From the IMG/VR virus record IMGVR_UViG_3300031555_003155: a stretch of 64,000 nt of DNA. One strand, 5' to 3'. The DNA is from a virus. Taxonomy: Duplodnaviria; Caudoviricetes. Positions 9,412 through 19,671 of the stretch are shown piece after piece; position 1 is the first letter of the stretch; each line of letters begins with the position of its first letter. The notes below the pieces were generated by a model that searched no databases, had not been told where the DNA came from, and saw nothing but the letters and a program-made list of their open reading frames with translations. The position numbers and the translations under genes were made by a program.

Positions 9412-9828
9412 TTATTTTAATTTATCTTCAAATTGATAATTAAAAACAATTTCACCACTATTACTGTCTTTTTTAAATCCAATCAATAAAGTTTCATTTT
9501 GACTACTTATAGAAAGGGGAATTATTAACATCAATACACCTTCGCCGTGATAATCTACTACCATTAAACGAAGACCTGTTAAATCGAGATATGGTATCAA
9601 AAGTGAGCACTGATAATTTATCTCTTTTTTCAATGCCTCGGAATCGATATCTTCTTCAAATTTATATAAATATTTTCTAATATCAATTCCTATATGGGGC
9701 ATACTAGGCATTTGTCCAGGTCTCATTAATAGTATATTTAAAATAAGTTGAGCGATAGTTTCCGATTGAGATAATATTTTTTGTTTCCCGAAATTATCGA
9801 GACCAAAATCTAATTCAGATTTTATCAT
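9412..9828 (-). CDS. Baseplate wedge protein, gp25/GPW-like
   Basis: ILLMRPGQMPSMPHIGIDIRKYLY fits gp25 consensus; 138 aa. Confidence 0.7.
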   Translation of the reverse strand: MIKSELDFGLDNFGKQKILSQSETIAQLILNILLMRPGQMPSMPHIGIDIRKYLYKFEEDIDSEALKKEINYQCSLLIPYLDLTGLRLMVVDYHGEGVLMLIIPLSISSQNETLLIGFKKDSNSGEIVFNYQFEDKLK

Positions 9829-9919
9829 ATTATCACCTCTTTCTTATTTTATATGATTTTACTATTATGTAGATTAAGTAAAAATGTATTTAAAAAAAAA
9901 ATAAAAAAAAGATTATGTG

Positions 9920-10264
9920 CTATTCGGCACATAATCTGAAGAATATCTCATCACAAAGATATTTTACTACAATATGAGTTATCATACTGACGTCATCTTT
10001 TGACGAGTTCATTATTTCGATAAGAATTTTATAATTCTTCACAAATAACCATGCATTAAAAACTTCTAATCGCATATTATCGGGCTCTTTATAACTCATA
10101 TAGTGTTTGACAAATTGATTTTCTATATAATCCAACCCATCATGCCTTCTTAAATTTATAACTGAATCTGTAACATCATATTTCCTTCTCATAGCATAAA
10201 TCTCATTCATAACGGTATTAAAATTTGTAACATCTAATTCTCTAAAAGTATCCATAGTAATCAT
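9920..10264 (-). CDS. Hypothetical protein
   Basis: ORF with GGGGGA RBS; TATATATTAT at 10311-10320. Confidence 0.7.
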   Translation of the reverse strand: MITMDTFRELDVTNFNTVMNEIYAMRRKYDVTDSVINLRRHDGLDYIENQFVKHYMSYKEPDNMRLEVFNAWLFVKNYKILIEIMNSSKDDVSMITHIVVKYLCDEIFFRLCAE

Positions 10265-10310
10265 TTTTATTCCCCCAATATGTTTATTTGTTATATTACT
10301 ATATACTATT

Positions 10311-10320
10311 ATAATATATA
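10311..10320 (-). promoter_or_regulatory. Early-type promoter motif TATATATTAT
   Basis: Exact 10-mer oriented toward 10264. Confidence 0.55.
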
Positions 10321-10357
10321 GATAGAATATTGAAGTTTACTGTATTATGATAGTTTT

Positions 10358-10369
10358 AACAATTCTTTA
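10358..10369 (+). promoter_or_regulatory. Late-type promoter motif AACA-N6-TA
   Basis: AACAATTCTTTA upstream of polyprotein. Confidence 0.65.
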
Positions 10370-10388
10370 ATAAAAATGAGTTGAAAGG

Positions 10389-13300
10389 ATGATTACAATG
10401 AAGACTACAAAATATAAAAAACTCAAATGCCCTTTATGCGATGACTCATATACAAAAATAGAGGGGCTTTACGCACATATTGAAGATGAACATGATGATG
10501 AACTTCCACAAAATTATACCCCTGCAAGATATTTATATTATTTAAAAACAGGAAGAACTTCAGGAAGTTGTGTCATTGACCATAAACCAACAGATTGGAA
10601 TGAATCTACAGGGAAATATAATAGATTTTGTAATAACCCAAAATGTAAAGAAAAATATAGAGAAGAGTTTAAGAAACGCATGATGGGTAAATATGGTAAA
10701 GTTAATTTATTAAAAGACCCAGAGCAACAGAAAAAGATGTTAGCACATAGAAAAATCTCCGGAGAATATGTGTGGACTGATGGAACTAAAGTCACATATA
10801 CAGGTAGCTATGAAAAAGAATTTTTGCAGTTCTTAGACGTATTTATGAATTTTGAAAGTTCTGATATTATGGCTCCGTCACCACACACATATTACTATAC
10901 ATATAATGGAGAAAAATTATTCTACATACCAGACTTCTTTATACCATCATTAAACTTAGAAGTTGAAATAAAAGATGGTGGAGATAACGCTAATAAACAT
11001 CCAAAAATCCAAGCTGTTGATAAAGTTAAAGAAAAATTAAAAGATGAAGTTATGAAAACCCAAAAAGACTATGATTATATAAAAATAGTTAATAAAAATT
11101 ATGATAACTTCTTCGAATATTTATTATCCCAAAAAGAAAGTGTCGAGTCTAAAAAATCCGGAGCAGCAGGAACTATATTGACTGAAAGTATTAATAACTT
11201 CGATTTATTATTAGAAATGGATATTGATTATGATTTACGATTCACCAAATCAATTAAACAAACAAAAGAAATAATCGACACACTGGATGAGGAAGATATA
11301 AAGAGTATTAATATACCAAAAACTCAAAATCCAAATTATTCGATATATAGAGAGGTTGCTGTATTCGGTGGTGTTCCTGTAGCATTCATCGAAGTGTTTC
11401 AATTTCCGAATATGAAAAAAGATGAGGCTGCAATAATATTAGTATGTCGAACTGAAAAGAAATACAAAGGATATCATAATTCAGCACTACTTATAATGCG
11501 AATGCTTAATGCATTGCGTAATGAAAGCATAAGAACCGTTAAATGGGTATTTAATAACACTAATGAGAAAACGGCACTGAATAAAAAGAATTTTAAACTT
11601 AAACCGAATGGTGAAATTGTGTTGGAAGATTCTAATACAATATGTGAAGATCCTCATCTATTTCCTGGAGAAGACAAATTAAATGCGGTAAAAACTTCTA
11701 TAAAAAATGATACTGTTATAGTATTAAATATTGATGAGTTCCCACAAAATACGTTTATTACATCCGATTTGCATTTATATCGAAATAATGATGGGAGCAA
11801 CGTTGCGGAGATGGTTAAGAATATAAATGCTAATGTTAAGCATGATGATACATTAATTATTCTTGGTGACATCGGATATAAAAAAGACCCAGATATGAAA
11901 GAGCATATTGAAAGATTTTTAAACGATATAAACTGTTCTCATATATGGTTGGTTATCGGTAACCATGATATATTAGATATTGATGATTATATTGAGCTAG
12001 GATTTGAAAAGGTGTGTCATAGAATTAATTATAGAGGTCATTCGTTGACACACTACCCAATACACAATTCCGATGGAATATCTGTACATGGACATCTCCA
12101 TAATGAGTATCTTCCGTTTGAAGATGAACCTACTGACGATGAAAGATTTCGCAACGTATATTATTACACCAGACCAATTAAGAGTATTAATGAGTACATT
12201 AATGAAAATATGATTTTAGATGAAGGTCTATTTAATTTTAAAGGACGTCAATTATATTATATATCAAAAAATAAAAATGAAAAATTTAATAAATCAACAG
12301 TATTTACTGCAGATAAAAAGAAAGCATTGTCCTGGTTTATGGAACAAAATAGCAATATAAAATATAAGGAAATAAAAAAATCAGAATATTCATCATGGTT
12401 TAAAGATACGACTGAATTGGTTATTGATAAATCATTAGAAGGTAGAATAAATGATAAAGTATACCTATACACTGTTAGTAAGTCTGCATTTGATTCTATT
12501 GAAGAGTATGGTAACTATATTAAAGATATAGAAAAGCTTAATATATTAAATACGGAAGAGATTAAACTGATAGATTTGATACAGCAGGTTGGAATTAAAG
12601 TTACATTTAATACATCAAATCCTGCGGAAATATCCAATAGAAAAAAGATTGTGTCAACTCTTCGTAGCAGATTTCAATCATTAATATCTAAATCAGATTA
12701 TGTGAAATTTAAAACAACAAAAAGTTTAATTCTTGATTTAGATTCTGAGGATGTTGAGGATTTTGTTAATGGAAATTCTGATAGATTGTCATTTATTCAT
12801 TATGATTTAAATAAGTTTTACAATAATAAAGCAAGACAATATATGAATGAAGATTCAGCAAAAGAATATTCAGATCTATATAAAGCATTCACAAATGAAT
12901 TGTTATCGGATAAGACATTATCTAAAATAACTATAAAATCGGATGGTGATTGGGATGATGGTAAATACTCTGCAGTAATTAAATCTGATAATAAGAGCAT
13001 AATGGAATCATCTGAATCTTCTATATTAGAAGCTAATTTCGGTGGATTCTTAACAAAAAAAGAAATAAATCCATCAAAAATAAAAACTCCTAAAGATTTA
13101 TTAAATGTATTAAATACTTGGGGATATGGATTATTAACTAAGAATAAAGAAGTTATAACTAATGATATTGAACCCGAGCAATTCGCAGATTTATACAGAA
13201 CCATATCGCCACAAGATTTTGAAAAATATAAAGTTGGTGTGTGTTGGGACTATACTGAATATGAAAGATATTATTTCAAAAAATACTTTGATTATAAATT

Positions 13301-13760
13301 CAAGACATACTATATAGAATTGGATAATTTATCTTCATCAACTCATACATTTTTAGTGTATGAAGACTCTGGTAAATATTACTATTTTGAATCATCATAC
13401 AGAAGATATCAGGGTATACATGTATTTGAAACAATGCAGGATGTATTCAACTATGTATTAACTGCTATGTTTAGAGATGAGGGTAGAACGTATCCTTATG
13501 CTATATATGAATATACCGAAATGCCTTCAGGATTAACTACTTTAGGATTTATGGATATGCTTATAGTAAATGGTAAAAAAATATATCACACATATAAACT
13601 ATATCGTTTAACAGAAAGTGTGGATATTCCTGTATTAAAATCGGAATATCCTAAATGCACTATGAGATGTTCATTAATGAGCAAGTATGCTGATAGAGGT
13701 ATTGATTGTAGGAAAAATTGCAGACATTATGCTAATATGCTAACACACATTGAAGAATAA
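10389..13760 (+). CDS. Multidomain polyprotein: C2H2 zinc finger + TnsA/gp4-like PD-(D/E)xK nuclease + GNAT-like + calcineurin-like metallophosphoesterase + unknown + transglutaminase/papain-like domain
   Basis: CPLC..H..H; GSYEKEF and YIPDFF...VEIKD; SDLHL/LGD/GNHD/THYP/HGHLH; GVCWD...THTFL...YYFE. Likely start ATG 10398. Confidence 0.75.
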   Translation: MITMKTTKYKKLKCPLCDDSYTKIEGLYAHIEDEHDDELPQNYTPARYLYYLKTGRTSGSCVIDHKPTDWNESTGKYNRFCNNPKCKEKYREEFKKRMMGKYGKVNLLKDPEQQKKMLAHRKISGEYVWTDGTKVTYTGSYEKEFLQFLDVFMNFESSDIMAPSPHTYYYTYNGEKLFYIPDFFIPSLNLEVEIKDGGDNANKHPKIQAVDKVKEKLKDEVMKTQKDYDYIKIVNKNYDNFFEYLLSQKESVESKKSGAAGTILTESINNFDLLLEMDIDYDLRFTKSIKQTKEIIDTLDEEDIKSINIPKTQNPNYSIYREVAVFGGVPVAFIEVFQFPNMKKDEAAIILVCRTEKKYKGYHNSALLIMRMLNALRNESIRTVKWVFNNTNEKTALNKKNFKLKPNGEIVLEDSNTICEDPHLFPGEDKLNAVKTSIKNDTVIVLNIDEFPQNTFITSDLHLYRNNDGSNVAEMVKNINANVKHDDTLIILGDIGYKKDPDMKEHIERFLNDINCSHIWLVIGNHDILDIDDYIELGFEKVCHRINYRGHSLTHYPIHNSDGISVHGHLHNEYLPFEDEPTDDERFRNVYYYTRPIKSINEYINENMILDEGLFNFKGRQLYYISKNKNEKFNKSTVFTADKKKALSWFMEQNSNIKYKEIKKSEYSSWFKDTTELVIDKSLEGRINDKVYLYTVSKSAFDSIEEYGNYIKDIEKLNILNTEEIKLIDLIQQVGIKVTFNTSNPAEISNRKKIVSTLRSRFQSLISKSDYVKFKTTKSLILDLDSEDVEDFVNGNSDRLSFIHYDLNKFYNNKARQYMNEDSAKEYSDLYKAFTNELLSDKTLSKITIKSDGDWDDGKYSAVIKSDNKSIMESSESSILEANFGGFLTKKEINPSKIKTPKDLLNVLNTWGYGLLTKNKEVITNDIEPEQFADLYRTISPQDFEKYKVGVCWDYTEYERYYFKKYFDYKFKTYYIELDNLSSSTHTFLVYEDSGKYYYFESSYRRYQGIHVFETMQDVFNYVLTAMFRDEGRTYPYAIYEYTEMPSGLTTLGFMDMLIVNGKKIYHTYKLYRLTESVDIPVLKSEYPKCTMRCSLMSKYADRGIDCRKNCRHYANMLTHIEE

Positions 13761-13780
13761 CAAAAAAAAATAATATTAAT

Positions 13781-13813
13781 GGAGAGTAGGATTATAAAAC
13801 AATCCTACTCTCC
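13781..13813. terminator. Bidirectional terminator
   Basis: ggagagtaggatt / aatcctactctcc. Confidence 0.75.
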
Positions 13814-13826
13814 CTTTTATATGCTG

Positions 13827-15233
13827 TTAGTTGGACGATTCATCATCACCAAACAGCGCCGTATTTAAATCCGCAAAGTTTTTCGAAATAATCTCACAAA
13901 TAGTACCACAAATGTTCTCAATCTGATTTGTGTCAAAACGACGCTCACCAATCGAATATGTAAAAGAAGCAGTATTAATGCGTACACCTCGAAAACTCTT
14001 TTTGAAGTCTATATTATCAAAAATAGAATATTCTGGATCGTTACAAACAGCATACATATCGGCAGGAACTGAAGCTTCGCCCGGAAACATATTCAGCTTA
14101 GCACAGATTTCATCTACAATATCATATGCATATATACCATCATATTGCCAATCGAGATTTATGATGAAATTCGTTGTTCCAGGTCTATCGATACATACTA
14201 ATCCATTATCGATAAAGTTACACACCATTTCATATCTAATATCCATAGCGGCTTCAACAGCGTTCGAGAAGTTCACCGATAACGCATATTCACCGGCAGC
14301 AATTTTTCCACAAAGTTCGAGAATATTATCACACTCTGTCCCACTAAGGCATATTGAATTGGTAACTAGATTTTCTATAGATAGTTCTCTGACATGGGAG
14401 ATATGAGAACTATCTTCAAGTTCGCATGCAATATTATAGGTTAATGCTACCCATTCATCTGGACCTCCAAAAATACCGTTAGTTTTACATAATACTATAT
14501 CATAACCAAGACTGTTCTTATCGTCAAGGTCTGTACGAAACAATCCTAATGTATCATAACAACCTGCAGCAATCGGCGCACCGATTTCAGTAATATTAGC
14601 TATTAAAATACAATCATATTCATAAATCTCTTCCTTGATAGTATTAACGGCATTTGCAATATCATAATAATTAATACACCTGTCAAGATCTGTAAAAAAT
14701 ACATCCGGGAGTTCATCAACATATATTACATACGGGTCAGTATCATTTATCTTTTTAAATAACTTTTGATAAAACTCATCATATGTCATTTTAGGAGTCT
14801 CGAAAAACGATATAGCATCATTGTGAGATAATGATGGTACTGAGCTGATATCTCTGCCGATAAAAAACTCATCCCTAGTAATAACGAGAAGCCCATCCCC
14901 TTTATTACTCTTAATAATACCATCTTCAAGATGTGAAAATAATTCTTTAGGTGGGTAGATTGATGTCAACGCTCTATATATTCCGTTCGTATTAAACACA
15001 TCATCCCATATATCATTACACAAACGTTCCAATTGTTTTTGAACATAATAATCATTAATAAGATCTGAAGCGATTGCATGGTTCATTAATGATTTTGCTT
15101 TCAAATTAAGTTTTGTGTAATTAGGTCGCAAATCAATGCATCCTTCATACTCTGCGAATATACCCTCAATGATATTATACGCATCATTAGGATTCGTAGA
15201 TTTGTCCAATTTTTCATTTTCATAATTTTTCAT
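13827..15233 (-). CDS. Highly diverged serine hydroxymethyltransferase (GlyA)-fold protein, probably inactive
   Basis: Colinear remnants IANITEIGAPIAAG, DIVLCKTNGIFGGP, PGTTNFIINLD, RGVRINTASFT; PLP lysine position appears replaced. Confidence 0.6.
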   Translation of the reverse strand: MKNYENEKLDKSTNPNDAYNIIEGIFAEYEGCIDLRPNYTKLNLKAKSLMNHAIASDLINDYYVQKQLERLCNDIWDDVFNTNGIYRALTSIYPPKELFSHLEDGIIKSNKGDGLLVITRDEFFIGRDISSVPSLSHNDAISFFETPKMTYDEFYQKLFKKINDTDPYVIYVDELPDVFFTDLDRCINYYDIANAVNTIKEEIYEYDCILIANITEIGAPIAAGCYDTLGLFRTDLDDKNSLGYDIVLCKTNGIFGGPDEWVALTYNIACELEDSSHISHVRELSIENLVTNSICLSGTECDNILELCGKIAAGEYALSVNFSNAVEAAMDIRYEMVCNFIDNGLVCIDRPGTTNFIINLDWQYDGIYAYDIVDEICAKLNMFPGEASVPADMYAVCNDPEYSIFDNIDFKKSFRGVRINTASFTYSIGERRFDTNQIENICGTICEIISKNFADLNTALFGDDESSN

Positions 15234-15270
15234 TACATAACTTCCTTTCTCTTTATATAGTTATATGATT

Positions 15271-15280
15271 ATAATATATA
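15271..15280 (-). promoter_or_regulatory. Early-type promoter motif TATATATTAT
   Basis: Exact 10-mer upstream of GlyA-like gene. Confidence 0.55.
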
Positions 15281-15300
15281 TTCAAATCTACACACAAATT

Positions 15301-15312
15301 AACAATGAAGTA
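15301..15312 (+). promoter_or_regulatory. Late-type promoter motif AACA-N6-TA
   Basis: AACAATGAAGTA upstream of 15343. Confidence 0.6.
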
Positions 15313-15342
15313 ATATTTTAAAATATAAAGGAGGGCTTTATT

Positions 15343-15756
15343 ATGGGTTGTGTGTTTTGTGAAAAAAATCATGCTGGTGCTAAAATAAAAGACAATATGG
15401 AATCTAGCAAGCATTACTTGACGTGTGATGGCAAAAAACTATTCTTAACAACAAGTGATTATAAATACAAAGGTTGTTTCGATATTAAATTTTGTCCAGT
15501 ATGTGGACGAGAATTAATCAGTCCCATATATAGTTTATATAGGGGATGTAAACAGTGCAGGTATCATGATGTGTGTGTGAAACGTCATAAAAATAGGTAT
15601 TGTATTGAGTATAAAGCGATGTTCGGATGTAGTGAATTTAGTGATAAGGAACGTAGTAAATCGACATTTATAACAGTTAGTAAATTAATAATTAAACGAA
15701 TACACTTCGCTATATATAAACTACAGCCAAAAGCTAATAAAAAAACGGACATGTAA
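15343..15756 (+). CDS. Cys-rich zinc-ribbon protein
   Basis: CVFC, FCPVCGR, CKQC...C. Confidence 0.65.
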   Translation: MGCVFCEKNHAGAKIKDNMESSKHYLTCDGKKLFLTTSDYKYKGCFDIKFCPVCGRELISPIYSLYRGCKQCRYHDVCVKRHKNRYCIEYKAMFGCSEFSDKERSKSTFITVSKLIIKRIHFAIYKLQPKANKKTDM

Positions 15757-15769
15757 AAAATACCTATTC

Positions 15770-15781
15770 AACATTACCTTA
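15770..15781 (+). promoter_or_regulatory. Late-type promoter motif AACA-N6-TA
   Basis: AACATTACCTTA upstream of 15789. Confidence 0.6.
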
Positions 15782-15788
15782 ATAAAAT

Positions 15789-17537
15789 ATGAAAGTGAGA
15801 GTGGAAACTATGAGAAATGTGTTCGAAACTAAACTTTCGACAGAAGATAGAAATGATCTGGAAGATAAAATGTTCGGTCTTCCAAAAGAACGTAAATATC
15901 CATTAAATGATGAAACTAGAATACGTAAAGCTATTCAGTTTTTTAAATACTGTCCACATAAAGACAGAAATGAATTGGCTACTAATATAAATAAACGATT
16001 AAGAGAAACTGGATTAAAGATAGAGGTCGGAGAAGATAATCCTTTTTATAAGTATGCAAATAAAGAACTTATAGAAAGTATTGTGACGGAAAATATTTCT
16101 TCACCGTCTATGAATAATCCTGTTATAATAGTCAATCGTTCTTCAATACAAGGAATTGAAGATGAAAATTGCCATATGATGGATAAGCGTATGTGCGAAA
16201 CTCGTGACAATGAGTTAGCTAAAGATATGGTTCGTATAAATAACAATTTGTATACCATGTATATAGATTACATAAAATATGTAAATTACGAAGGTGCTCA
16301 AATAACAGAAATTCCATATAGAGTAATACATGATTTGGGTACATTGGCAGTATTATCATTACAGCAAAGAAATATTAAGCTTGCTGAAAATGCATGTATT
16401 GTATTAAATAGATTAGCAGGTCTCGATAGAACTAATAAGCATCATATATTTAGAGAAGCTATATGTATAAAATACTTTATAAAGGTTTTATACGGGATCG
16501 ATTATTCTGAAACACGTGCTCTATATAAATTAATACAAGAAATATCTAATATAGATATAACTAGAAATAAAGTTAATGTATGGTATGGAGTAGGGTACGA
16601 AGACGAGATATTAACAATATTATATAATTCTGGTTTAGAAAAACATTGCACATGTCTTCAGGAATATTTTGAAGAATGTCGAAGAAATAAAGAAAGTGAA
16701 TTATATATTATTGATTTGGATAAAAATGATGCATTTAGAAATATTGTATTTAGTCCAATAGAGACATTTCCTCTTACAGCACAAATCAAAATAAATGAAA
16801 TAACAAATTTATTTATAACAGAAAAACTTATGCATCTTAATTATAAGAATTTATCCACAAAGTTAACAAATACACAATTAGTTCGATTAATGAATTTACG
16901 TCGTCTTGATAATGTTACTGTAATACGTGATAGATATGGAGATGATTTATATTGTGGAAATATTAAAAATGAAGTATATTTGATATTATCCGATAAAACA
17001 GAAAATGAACAAATTGTGTTAATAGAATTAACTGATGATGTTATATCACATTTTATAAGTTCATATGATATAGATAGACCTATTAAATTATATAGGTTCA
17101 AATTTATTAATAAAGAGATTAACAAAAATAAATCTTTAACTGAAGGATTCGCTATGGACGATGATGGTAATATGAAAATAACAATATCATCTAAGAAGTC
17201 CTATATGGATGAATACTCACAAAATCATAAACTTCTTGTAGAGAACTGGAAAAATAAAAATTACGAGGGGGTGAAGAAGAATCTCGCATTTGTGTTTGCG
17301 TTGATAAATATTATTGAACGGGATAAAAAATATAAAGAAAGAGATCCCGAAATTGTTAAAGCTAGAGCTTTTGCTACTAATGATTTTAAGACATATTTAA
17401 AAAAGCTCACTGATATTGAGAAGAACTTTGATTTTGTTGATTATTATAAAAATTCCGACTACGATAAGTTAATCATTAACTTACCAAAACAAACAATTGC
17501 CGGAATTAAAATGCTATTTAAAATGATAGTGAAATAA
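15789..17537 (+). CDS. Probable virion protein with N-terminal DUF6582-like domain
   Basis: FGLPKERKYPLNDETRIRKAIQFF...RNELATNI; x-x-E motifs VFET, LIES, VTEN, LTEG; likely start 15810. Confidence 0.55.
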   Translation: MKVRVETMRNVFETKLSTEDRNDLEDKMFGLPKERKYPLNDETRIRKAIQFFKYCPHKDRNELATNINKRLRETGLKIEVGEDNPFYKYANKELIESIVTENISSPSMNNPVIIVNRSSIQGIEDENCHMMDKRMCETRDNELAKDMVRINNNLYTMYIDYIKYVNYEGAQITEIPYRVIHDLGTLAVLSLQQRNIKLAENACIVLNRLAGLDRTNKHHIFREAICIKYFIKVLYGIDYSETRALYKLIQEISNIDITRNKVNVWYGVGYEDEILTILYNSGLEKHCTCLQEYFEECRRNKESELYIIDLDKNDAFRNIVFSPIETFPLTAQIKINEITNLFITEKLMHLNYKNLSTKLTNTQLVRLMNLRRLDNVTVIRDRYGDDLYCGNIKNEVYLILSDKTENEQIVLIELTDDVISHFISSYDIDRPIKLYRFKFINKEINKNKSLTEGFAMDDDGNMKITISSKKSYMDEYSQNHKLLVENWKNKNYEGVKKNLAFVFALINIIERDKKYKERDPEIVKARAFATNDFKTYLKKLTDIEKNFDFVDYYKNSDYDKLIINLPKQTIAGIKMLFKMIVK

Positions 17538-17636
17538 GTATACATTTAATATAGTGAATGCCTTTATATATACAATATATAGGGCATTCACATTTGTATT
17601 TTCATTAATGTATGCGTAAAGAAAGGATTTGAAATT

Positions 17637-18536
17637 ATGGATAAAGTTAATAATAAACTTTATAACCGAATTGCAAAATTAGAAAGTAAGAACACTCGTC
17701 AAAGTTATGCGATTTATATTCTAGTGTTAATGTGCATATTAAGCATGAGCGTTAATATCACATTAGCAACAGAATCATATGCTAGCGGTCAAATTATTGA
17801 CGATATTATGAGTACAGACGATCGTAGTGAAGATCAGGATACTCTTACCAAAACCGAACCAATTATCAAACTTAAACCTACAGACGGCGATGGCGTAGAA
17901 CTATTCAGCGACACAAAAATCGGAGAACAATTCGATTTGCCAATATACAAATCTTCGGAACGCACAACGTATAGTGATTGGCTTAAACAATTAGAGACTA
18001 GACCGGAAGCTAAACTAACTTCCAATACAGAAAAAGAAACTAAACCAGAAGAACCTGAACCAGTCTCTGAACCTCAATTTCCAGAAACAGAATTAACTGG
18101 AAATGCTAACTTGGATAGAGATGTGCTGACGAAAGTTATTTCAGAAGTTGCTCCAGCTTTAGCAGGAATTGAAGACGCATTATTACATAACTATAATACT
18201 CATGGAATAAAACCATCATTCTCATTAGCTGTAGCGTGTTTAGAATCCGGATATGGAAAATCTGATTTAGCTAAATACAAAAATAATTTATACGGTATGA
18301 ATGCATACCCATATAACGGTTTAACCGCATATCAACATGCGTTTACATATAATTCTAAGTCGGACTCCGTTATAGACTTTGGGGACAAAATATATAGCCA
18401 ATATATGCTTAAAGGATTGACAACGTTAGAGAGTATAAATAGGATATATTGTCCACCAAATCCACAATGGGCGTCTCATGTTAGAAGCATTAAAAATAAG
18501 ATTGAAAACATATACGATGAATATAGTACAGTTTAA
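17637..18536 (+). CDS. Membrane-anchored GH73 glucosaminidase (peptidoglycan hydrolase)
   Basis: N-terminal hydrophobic helix; LAVACLESGYGKS, NNLYG, YCP..PQWA. Confidence 0.85.
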   Translation: MDKVNNKLYNRIAKLESKNTRQSYAIYILVLMCILSMSVNITLATESYASGQIIDDIMSTDDRSEDQDTLTKTEPIIKLKPTDGDGVELFSDTKIGEQFDLPIYKSSERTTYSDWLKQLETRPEAKLTSNTEKETKPEEPEPVSEPQFPETELTGNANLDRDVLTKVISEVAPALAGIEDALLHNYNTHGIKPSFSLAVACLESGYGKSDLAKYKNNLYGMNAYPYNGLTAYQHAFTYNSKSDSVIDFGDKIYSQYMLKGLTTLESINRIYCPPNPQWASHVRSIKNKIENIYDEYSTV

Positions 18537-18549
18537 TATGGTTTTCAGT

Positions 18550-18559
18550 TATATATTAT
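18550..18559 (+). promoter_or_regulatory. Early-type promoter motif TATATATTAT
   Basis: Exact 10-mer upstream of 18632. Confidence 0.55.
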
Positions 18560-18631
18560 ATGCGTGTAATATAATAAATTATTATATTAATAAAAACAAA
18601 TTCATAAAAACCAATAGGAGGTAATTTTGTC

Positions 18632-19216
18632 ATGACAGAAACAAACAGACCAGTTAGAAGGAATTTACTCGACAAAGCAGTTGATATCGAACCTACAGGT
18701 GTTCTTTATGATATCAAAGGCTCAATGATTGAGAACTTTGTTGAGGAGTATCTTGCAGCACTTAATATTGATGGGGTTGAAAAAGTATACTTAAAGGTGC
18801 AGAGCGAAGGATATACAAATCCTCGTGTTGCATTGTATTTATTTATGTCAACAAACTCATCTATGATTGTATCATCGGCTGATAACGTTCCGGCTGCACT
18901 TAAGAACAAAATGGACAAGATCAGCATTAAAATGAAAGATGAACTTAAGAAAGCACTTTATCCATTATGCGGAAGTGATTTCGAAGCAGGAAAGAAAGAC
19001 AACAGAACATGCTATGTTCAGTTAAACATCTTTAGAGCTCTCGGTCTTATGTTTAAGGCTGATGCGGCAACACAGCAGATTGTTGTATCAAACGCAAGAC
19101 GCGAAGGCAAAGATAGTGTTATTAGCGTCATTAAACAAATTAAATATGTGGGCGGAAAGAGAACAGGTAATGACGACAAGTACGCTCGTATGATTGATGA
19201 TATTGAACGTAGATAA
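18632..19216 (+). CDS. Hypothetical protein
   Basis: AGGAGG RBS; followed by terminator hairpin. Confidence 0.8.
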   Translation: MTETNRPVRRNLLDKAVDIEPTGVLYDIKGSMIENFVEEYLAALNIDGVEKVYLKVQSEGYTNPRVALYLFMSTNSSMIVSSADNVPAALKNKMDKISIKMKDELKKALYPLCGSDFEAGKKDNRTCYVQLNIFRALGLMFKADAATQQIVVSNARREGKDSVISVIKQIKYVGGKRTGNDDKYARMIDDIERR

Positions 19217-19235
19217 TAACATCAAACAAAAAAAA

Positions 19236-19270
19236 TAAAAGATGATAAGTTTTATACTTATCATCTTTTT
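19236..19270 (+). terminator. Intrinsic terminator
   Basis: aaaagatgataagt / acttatcatctttt plus T-tract. Confidence 0.7.
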
Positions 19271-19296
19271 TTTATTCACTTTGTTTTATTAAAGGA

Positions 19297-19671
19297 GTGA
19301 TTATTATGGGATTTAAAAAAAGTGGAGAATTTAAATATAATATAGAAACTATGTTGGGAACTCTTAAAGAGAGTGATAAGCATGATTGGATTAAAGCTGT
19401 TATGCGAGTCGCATGGGGAGATAATCCAACAACATTAGATGTTAGAAGTTTAAACCCTGCAACAAAATTTGTAGGTAAAGGAATAAGCTTAACCAATGAA
19501 GAAGCTGATAAGTTAGTTGATATTTTACTTCAGAATGATTATGGAACATTAGAAGAATTGGAAGCTGCTGTTAAACGCAAAAGAGATATATTTTCAATTT
19601 CAAATAATGTAGATTTTATGTGCAGCGATGATGGAGATTATTTTAAAATTGATGTAAACATAGAGGACTGA
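19297..19671 (+). CDS. PC4/YdbC-family ssDNA-binding protein
   Basis: WIKAVMRVAWGDNPTTLDVR...GKGISLTNEEA; likely start ATG 19306. Confidence 0.8.
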   Translation: MIIMGFKKSGEFKYNIETMLGTLKESDKHDWIKAVMRVAWGDNPTTLDVRSLNPATKFVGKGISLTNEEADKLVDILLQNDYGTLEELEAAVKRKRDIFSISNNVDFMCSDDGDYFKIDVNIED

